64,000 nt of DNA from Phoronis australis (taxonomy: Eukaryota; Animalia; Phoronida): assembly GCA_002633005.1 (NCBI GenBank), contig NMRA01000956.1, forward strand, positions 1 to 64,000. The letters run 5' to 3'. The notes below the pieces were generated by a model. That model made no database searches and had not been told where the DNA came from. It was given only the letters and a program-made list of their open reading frames with translations. Of the stretch, positions 55,712-64,000 are shown piece by piece (within the stretch, counting starts at the first letter, position 1; the number at the start of each line of letters is the position of its first letter). The position numbers and the translations under genes are program-made.

Positions 55712-57596
55712 TACTACCACGTAAACTCAGTGAGCGTTTTTTTTTTGCAACAGCACACCTAATTGGAAAAATGACTTTTAAATGGAAACTGATCCAGAAA
55801 ACGTTCTAAACATTAGCTAGTCGTCAGCTCGCAGAGTTGCTGCAGGTGCTCGTACAAAAACTGCAATGTGTGCCGATCACAATTACTGATAGCGTTTAAG
55901 TTAAATTAAACGACGCGTCTGGTCTTTTTCAATTCTGATTTCTAAATAATGATCTCACTCTGATAGAATGAAAAGTCATTCTTTTTAAACGATTAAGGCG
56001 AGAAATCTTTGCAAGCGTTTGACTCAGACACGGTTCAAAGTCATAACGTATAAACAGAGGCAACGCACTCTCGGCTAGGATTACGCTTTGCAAAAACATT
56101 GCTTTCTGATCTGCGTAGCGTGTTGAAAAACATTCCTCGCTCGCCCTATTCTCGGTGTTAATAGCAGGCTATATTTTGACTTGAAGACTTTTAATTATCA
56201 GTTTGATACTGAGCATAGATGGCGATGTTGTCGTAATGACTAATGGCGTACGCGCGCGACGTGTCCAAAAGAATTATGCCTTAGCGTTGATTTCCATAAA
56301 CTATCATACATAAATAAACTTTATACGTGTGAGTAAGGTTTAAAAAAGAACTTTAAAGCAGCAATTCCAAAAACTAAGATAAAAATATATCTTTCATAGT
56401 CGCAAAAGTCTTTATTAAATTTTCTATAGTACTGAGTTGTATTTGTTATTTTTGTTGTTAAAAATACCAAAAATACCCGAAATTATACTACCTGTTATTT
56501 CTAGTTAGTGACTACAGTGCAAATTAAATATGTACACTCTTTCTCTTTATATGTTATCGCCAACTGCCAACGTGATCCAAAATTCCTATCATTACCTGAT
56601 TTATCGCACAGTGTCCACTTATAAACCCAAGGTCGCAACAGCGTTTAGCTGTACCTCACAGAAAGTGGATTCGTTTTGTTTATGTCTGACGTTATCTTAT
56701 CTGCGAATCAAACTCATAAATGCTTTGAAAGCAAACTATCAACTCCAGAACAACTGTGAAACACATTTCTCTGTTTTCGGGAAAAGTGTTTTTCCATGGC
56801 CAGCAAACCACACTGGACCTTTATTTCGCCAAGATCATTCTTGTTATGACTTCAGAGCTCGTGTTTGGTGACAAATCAACGCGTCACTTCTGTTTCAAAT
56901 ACGTTTTTTATGAAACATATGGAAAATACGTGCGTTCCGGGCCTACGTCACAAGCCACACAGAATTTAAATACCCCGTGCCGAAGACAACTTAGGAGACA
57001 CGCTTTGGTACACGTTAAGAACTGGAAATTGCGCAAATGAGAATTTTATGACCAGTTTGCCCAACAGGAACACTTTGTTGCGGAATTCGGATGGAATCAT
57101 AAACCGACTCCCTTATCAAACCCCAGGCGCTACTGCGAATCATTCTCCCACCGCAGTGTATTTCTCTGTCAATTTTGTAATTCATTACAACTAAGCGTAG
57201 TTTGATAACCGAACACACAGCTGAATTGCAATGCGGCAACTCTCCAAGTCATTCAGACTTTAGTAAACATGTTAATGTGTAGCGTACATTGAATTTCAAA
57301 ATGATGGTAAATAACAATGAGTTCAAAGAGTCACGTAATAAATACTTTGTGATATTAGTTCTGTGTGTTGCAAACACTGCTTCTTCATAAAAAGCGAAAT
57401 TTAATAAAAAGTCAACTTAAAGAACAAGAGTTTTTCAGTACCCCACATTCTCCTGTCATGACTGGATGACAAATGACTCCATTGGAGATAGGGCAGCGAT
57501 GAGGCACGTATTCTAGCAGTTCAAATGTAATATTTATCCGGGGGTACTCACCTTCAAATTAAGTCTGATTGCGCTGCTGAAGCATTATCAGTATTC

Positions 57597-57904
57597 TCAC
57601 CACCACCATCACCAGCACCATCATCATTACCACCACCATCACCATCACCATTACCATCACCACTATCACCACCACCACCATCCTCATCATCATCGCCATT
57701 ATCACCACTGCAACAACTACAACCACCATCACCGTTATCCATCGTCATCACCGTGCATCACGTTGCTGTAGTCATCAACATCGATATAATCCTCACCATT
57801 ACTACCGTCATCCTATCATCGACGTCCACATTATCGTCATAGTTTTTACTATCACCATCATCGTCAACAACAACATTAGTAGCAACATCATCACCACCAC
57901 CACC

Positions 57905-57957
<53 letters not shown>
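57597..57957. repeat. (CAC/CAT)n microsatellite-derived low-complexity tract
   Basis: Pure (CAC)n and (CAT)n runs at ~57890-57957, with degenerate triplets upstream. Confidence 0.92.
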
Positions 57958-59017
57958 TCATGTTAGGATTTCATCGCAATCATTGCCCTCAGAAAAAACC
58001 TTTGTTCTGTGTTTTGCGTCATTCGCCGAGGAATTAAGAAAAATATGCTCGACTGCTGTTGCGTGAAAAATACTTACAAATTATTACAAACGCTGTGAAT
58101 TTGTAAAATTCAATAGCAGATACAAACCTATGTTTCTTTTTTATTTATGTCTGACCCAGAAAACTGACTAATTTTCCATTATGTGGTAGTACCTACAAAA
58201 AGCCAAACGCTGATTGTACTGCAGTGTTACTAATGTAAATAAGTGTTTATCAAACTCTTTACGTCACATTATTCGAGTTGGGAGTACATACTGCATTTGG
58301 GAAAAATCTGCCCGAGCGTTTTTTCATTTTTGTCGTTGCAAAAATATGCCTTGATCTGAGAGGTCCTATTTAGCGCCAAACATATTGAATGACGTTAACC
58401 CCCCATAGTTTTCTTGTGAGTTAGGACCAGATAAAAAGATGACTAGGCTTACAAGAACCCAGTATAGTGTTTATATAAATCATACTAACCTAACTTAAGT
58501 TTACGTTGCAAAAAACACCCATCCATTACTCCTATGACGTATCAGATGGTGGACATACTTGTCAAAGCTTGCTGTGCCTATATACAGGAATGGAAAGGCA
58601 CAAACGCCGTTTGAATTTTTGCGAATATCTCTTTTTGTGTCGTCTTCAATCAGAAGAAACTTAGCGAGTTACAGTTTTCGTCAATATTATAAACGTTTAA
58701 GCCACATGCAAAGTCAAATAATTAAATTCAAACCGGCCTATGAAACAAGTTCATTACCTGGTGTTTATGCTATTTAGCACATTTGGTGCATTTATTATGC
58801 CAAAAATCGTTGCAGGCTTTAGAAAAAAACCTATTACTCTGTAGATATTTTTATTTTGCCTAAATTAATAACTAAATATTTGTTGAGGGATAGTGGCAGA
58901 TTTCAGTGCCTCTTCTTGGATTTCAAAACAGCATTTTATTGTGTCTGGACGGTGTATAGAATATTGAGTGAAATGTATAAAAGTAGTAAACCATGTAAAT
59001 CCTTGAAGCAAGATGGA

Positions 59018-59277
59018 ACAATTCCAGATTACTTTTAGTGTTCGTTACAATTCCATATTACTTTTAGTGTTCGTTATAATTACATATTACTTTTAGTGTT
59101 CGTTACAATTCCATATTACTTTTAGTGTTCGTTACAATTCCATATTACTTTTAGTGTTCGTTACAATTCCAGATTACTTTTAGTGTTCGTTACAATTACA
59201 TATTACTTTTAGTGTTCGTTACAATTACATATTACTTTTAGTGTTCGTTACAATTACATATTACTTTTAGTGTTCGT
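59018..59277. repeat. 29-bp minisatellite, ~9 copies, inside the LINE
   Basis: ACAATTCCATATTACTTTTAGTGTTCGTT units. Confidence 0.93.
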
Positions 59278-60521
59278 AAGGAATGTGTCAATTGCCTCAC
59301 TTTTTAATTCCTTTGTTTATCAACGATTTAGAGTATGAGCTACAAGCAGATAACTCGACTCTTGGTGTGTAAGTCGCCTTCTTAAAAGTGTACTGTCTCC
59401 TGTTTGCTAACGACTTAGTAATATTTGCAAACACAGCGTTTAATTTTCAAAGGACTATAAATTATCTTGAAATAATGTGTAACATTGAAATTAGTAATTA
59501 ATATGACAAAAATGAAAGTTTCGGTTTTTCAAAAGGCGGCTATGCAAGAAGCTCCGAAAAATGGTTTTTAAATAGGAAATTACTTGTAGTGTCTCGCTCT
59601 AAGTACTGTTAAGAACACGTGGAAGAAGAGACAAACAATTTAGCAGGTCAAGCATACAAAGCCTTGTTTATAATGAAAAAACAAATGTTCCAGTTTGAAG
59701 AGGTACCGATAACCACTTGGCTGCATATTTGTGATAGTATGGTTAAACCATTGCTGCAATATGGTTCAGAGATATAAGGTTTCATCCTGAAGCAGGTGTG
59801 GAAAATTTACATCATAAATTCTGCAAAATTGTTACTGGGCATTGGACATAGTGTCCCCAAAGTAGCGGCAAGGGAAGAGCTGAAAAGGTACTCCATATTG
59901 ACATTAAAATGTTCTTTTATTATTTCTTTCATTATTGCATACTGGTTGAAGTTACCGAATTTTGTAAAAAAGATGTAACATAATTTGTCTAAACGAAATA
60001 TCAACTGTCGACACGTGTGAAGCAGTTACTGTTTAAATTTAGATTGAAACTTGCTGTTTTAGAAATTCAGTTGGTTGGGATGAGCGGCTATTTTTGAGAG
60101 AGTTAAAACAAACATATTTGAACATGGGTGGGCAACAGTGACATGAGTAATTATTGAGGGATAGTGCATTAGATACCTACGAGAATGTAAACACCCATTA
60201 CTTATAGAAAGGTATGTCACTAGTGTTAACACCGGGAATGATATGAAAGTTTTAGCAAGAATGCGATGTTCAAATCATAACTTACAAGTAGAAAGAGGAA
60301 GGCATTTGAAAATTCAAAGACAGAAAAAATTATTCGCTGTTTGTGATCGACACGTTGTACAAGGCGAATATCATTTTTATATTGCTATTCCACTTTATGA
60401 CGATTTAAGAACAACTTTCAAGATTGTGAGAATGAAGTGTGAAATCACTTTAGAAACTATCATGTTGAAGAACTATAACTTGAATTTAACAAAGTGTTTG
60501 TTAGCAGATGGCAGCAGAAGA

Positions 60522-60776
60522 CAGGGGCGGATCCAGGATTTTGAGTTGGGGAGGGGGGGGCAGGGCACGCGAATAACCAGAATTTCGCCACATGCGGGCA
60601 TTCAGCCTAAAATGTAGGGATGCAGGGGTCTTGAACTTTTTAGTTTGTGGACCTCATGACTAAGGATTTTATCAAGGCTCTCCCTCTGGGTGCGTGCAAT
60701 TCGCACCCCGAACAGCAATATGGGATCTGATAAAATTTTAGGAGGGACCATGGCCCCCTTGCCCCCCCCCCTAAAN
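60522..60776. mobile_element. MITE (CAGGGGCGGATCC terminus) nested in the LINE, right end lost in a gap
   Basis: Terminus resembles the 52073 element; inverted GGGGCA(A)GGG segments; N at 60776. Confidence 0.6.
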
Positions 60777-63700
60777 GAAGGCACGATTTTTGAAATGTAT
60801 TGTATAATTGTGTATATGGACCGAAGGCCTTTTGTACAACAACAAAATAAGCATCGAAACATTGCTTCGTAAAGCAATCGTTGCTTTACGACATTGTGGA
60901 ACATAAAAACATTGGAAACTTTTTTATTTCAAATAATATATTATTTAACTTGAGAAAGATGACCTTGTCCTGAGATTTTGTTTTCTTGGTATTAAATAAT
61001 AGCACAATAAGGCCATACTAAGCAACAGGCAAACTCAAATGTGAACCTTTAAAGTATGACGGAATTCAAACGGGATTTTTTAAGAAGAAACTTCTTGCCT
61101 TAGGTTGTTCATATCAACTAACCTTATTTTGCAATCCCAACAACGTAACATAATCGCCAGTTGGATTTCATTGGCGCGCTTTTGAGCAGGTCAAATTGAA
61201 AATTCTAATGTGACGCTATTTGAGCCAAAGCTGCTCTGAAACAAAGTGCGTGACCCCTATTGCTATGTCATAAAAATAAGACATACATTAAAATAAAACA
61301 TGAAATAACGATGTAACTGCTTGTGCAGCAGACTAAATTTGAGGTATTCACAATACAGAAAACACGCCGACGTAAGAATACCAGTATACAGTGAAATATG
61401 AAGTCGCTAAAACGTAAAACAGAGATGGCACAACAAAATTAGTCCATTTTTAAAGGGATTTCAATAAATAATTTAATTAGATATGACTTGTTTAGTAACC
61501 CATGTAAAGTCCACAATTTTGCCCGAGTTGCCTTTGTTTAGGCGACTGCGATGGAAAAATTAATTCGTTGATCCGAACATTTTTGCACATTTGTAGCAGG
61601 CAAAGCCCAAAATACAATATAGGACTATTTAAAAATACCCACACAAATAAATCAATACTTTGTCAAACCCGCTTAACATGTTCTCAACTTGTTTTCCTGG
61701 CTTTTTGAAATGAAGATGAACGTAAAATGCCTGTTAATAAGTCTGACTTCGATGAAACTACAATAGAAATCGAACAACAATAAGCTTACGTGTTCTTCAA
61801 AACTGGTAGAAGTTGTCGAAGCACTGAGATACCTCGACAGTTCCTATAAAAATACAGTCAGAATTAATCGGCCCCTTTGTTATACAGGTCTGGCTGTCAG
61901 GGAAAAAAACTTTTAAACCGAGTAACCGTTTGCGTGTTTGTAAGACTATGTACGTCTGGCAGCGAATGCAGCCGCTTGAGAAACGCTTGAGTAAAAACAA
62001 GAGACAAGTTTTTTAATAGCGTTGTGAGTGAAATTTGACTTATCCTTCAGACAAACTGAGATTCAAGTGTTTTCCGCTGAAACGTATTTACGGGCATAAA
62101 GAATGGGCGAATATCACGCAAAACATGCCCAAAAACACTGCCCGCGTCCTGTGAACGATGCTCTTGTTCACGCTTTTGTATTTGAAACAGTTTGCAAAAC
62201 TATACGAATAGTGTTTAAACGATTCAAGGAACTCGTAAAATCTTCGTTCCATGTCTACATGTGCAAAGATGTATCCGGGTCTGCTTCATGGACAAGGACT
62301 CAGACTTCAGCCAGAAATTGGAGTTTTGTCCCACGCAACTATTTCTGGGCAAAATTTAAATCTCAGTTGAACAAAAATGCAAAGTGCTTGAGAATAAAGA
62401 CGTAGCTATTTATTGAAATTATTTCTTTAAACTATTTCTACACTTAAATACTGTTACTTGGCTAACCCCTTTTTGGCAATTGTGAAGTTTGAGCGTAAGA
62501 CAATTCTCCTGAAACAGACCCATGGGATATACATTAATAATTCACGGAGCGATGTCATCACTGCAAAACATTTCATTTTACGCTTTGTCTGACTGTCGAA
62601 TATCGGCTCTACATGAAAGCCCCGGGTCAACACACTGAGATAAAGGATATTTTTCAATTATCACTTTAATGATAAAATACTTGTCAAGACTAAGTCGTTG
62701 CGGAGAGATAATGACAGTATCGGGTAAAAGATGACTCAAACGTAATTAACCACCAAACAAGTTCAGAAATTACGGAAATGCATAATTTCAACAGTAAAAA
62801 CAAGGAAACTCCGGCAGTAACTTTATTATAAACATTACACAGTGTATGGTCTGGACAATTTCTACGGTACATCGCTCGTAATGCAGATTAGCTTGAACAT
62901 AAATTTTAACATAAATTTGAGTTATGCTAAAATTGAAGCTGTTAGACATAGCACCGAACTTATGTCAAACGTATTCGAGTGACTGTAAGCTTTAAAAATT
63001 GTTTAAATTCCCATGAAAACAGCCATGTACTGATGTTCTCTACCACCATGTCAAGGCGCAGTCATTCTTTAGAAAATGCAAGACACGAAGTAAATTGATT
63101 AAAAAGTCCTAATATAAATATCAAAATTGCCGCATGTTTCCTTGGAAAAATGTACGAAAAGAACTTAAAACAAATAACAACGTATTCCAACGCCGACGTT
63201 AAAAATTCGCAGAACGCGCCCATGCATTGGCTATAGGTGGAAGAGTGACGGCAAAGGAAACGATTCCATGTCCAACCCTCTAAATTCCAGCTACGGGCCC
63301 CTAAACGCCTGGGAAACAATACTCTCACAGAAAAGGTGTACTACTCGAGATGAGCCGCTCAGAAGAGTGAAGTTTTCACCGACCGACTAGTTTCCTTACA
63401 GCGACTCGGAAAGGGCTACTGTCCTAGCAAAATTCCCTGTGAAATTGTACCTTTTCTTATTAAATTTCAACTTTGGACTCTGTAAAACATTCCTTTCAAA
63501 CCAGACCATTCTACTGAAGGTTTTGAACATTATCTTCATTTCCAAAATTATTTAAAATACCACACGTTATCGCCTCTTCACAAACGGTTTCAGTCTTAAC
63601 TGGACAAAACTGAATTCGACTGTCCAACAGCCATTACGAAAGAGGTCTTGTTGTTGAATAACTCCTGCAAAAGGGTGCTTCTTGAACAAAACCCAGCATA

Positions 63701-64000
63701 AAAGGGTGACTTCATAGAAGCTCCCCACACATGGATCATTTTTGAACCGTGGCTCACTAAAAGGGCGGGAATATCATCTGCACCTCTCCATCAATAGACA
63801 GTCGAGTACCCCCCGGGGCCTAAACCCCAATGCCGGACCAGCAAACACCAACCCAGCTGCGGTGCAAACTTTACACCCGCGCCTAAAATTGTCCACTTAC
63901 CCGCTTACCCGGTGACGGAACTCCATAACTGGGACCAAACTCCAGTAATGGACCTGCATAAGTAAGGGTAAGGAATTTCGTACTAGCGGAATAAATTCTG

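Larger units (their letters stand above)
58800..60852 (+). mobile_element. Decayed 5'-truncated non-LTR retrotransposon (RTE-X-like) ORF2 remnant
   Basis: Broken-frame motifs AGFRK, LFLDFKTAF, LFINDLE, LLFANDLV, LQYGSEI, FCKLLLG..AAREEL.RY, YWLKL, RCSNHNLQVERGRH..CD..EYHF..PLYDDLR; 3' GGACCGAAGGCC tail. Confidence 0.8.

Noticed and set aside
56353-57430. Second Kolobok-like element starting TTAAAGCAGCAATTCC
   Set aside because: No convincing matching right terminus with TTAA was found.
57554-57961. Asp/Gly-rich ORFs
   Set aside because: (CAT/CAC)n microsatellite translation with no supporting gene structure.
57538-63817. CCGGGGGTACTC ... GAGTACCCCCCGGG as TIRs of one 6.3-kb element
   Set aside because: Only ~12 bp match, no clear TSD and unrelated interior; 63700-63817 is more likely a lone end of a short repeat.

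Overview
AT-rich, intron-rich animal (invertebrate-type) genomic DNA, not prokaryotic; most listed ORFs are incidental. Two complete multi-exon genes were reconstructed by hand with canonical GT-AG introns and consistent phases. On the + strand is an FHIP2/FAM160B-family gene (17 coding exons, 687-24350, about 825 aa). Convergent to it on the - strand is a REC8-type meiotic kleisin gene (16 coding exons, 50432-27116, about 593 aa). A probable first coding exon of a third, divergent gene lies at 375-349. The introns and flanks hold an internally deleted Kolobok-type DNA transposon (TTAA TSD, ~150-bp TIRs, convergent THAP-transposase and Cys-rich KolX/P2X7-ballast-like remnants), a foldback element with a 9-bp TSD, three Helentron/DINE-1-like elements (two carrying periodic arrays of CTCF-like motifs), tRNA-derived SINEs, MITEs, a decayed RTE-X-like LINE and many minisatellites. 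Four single-N gaps all fall inside repeats. Family assignments come from remembered motifs, not from database searches.
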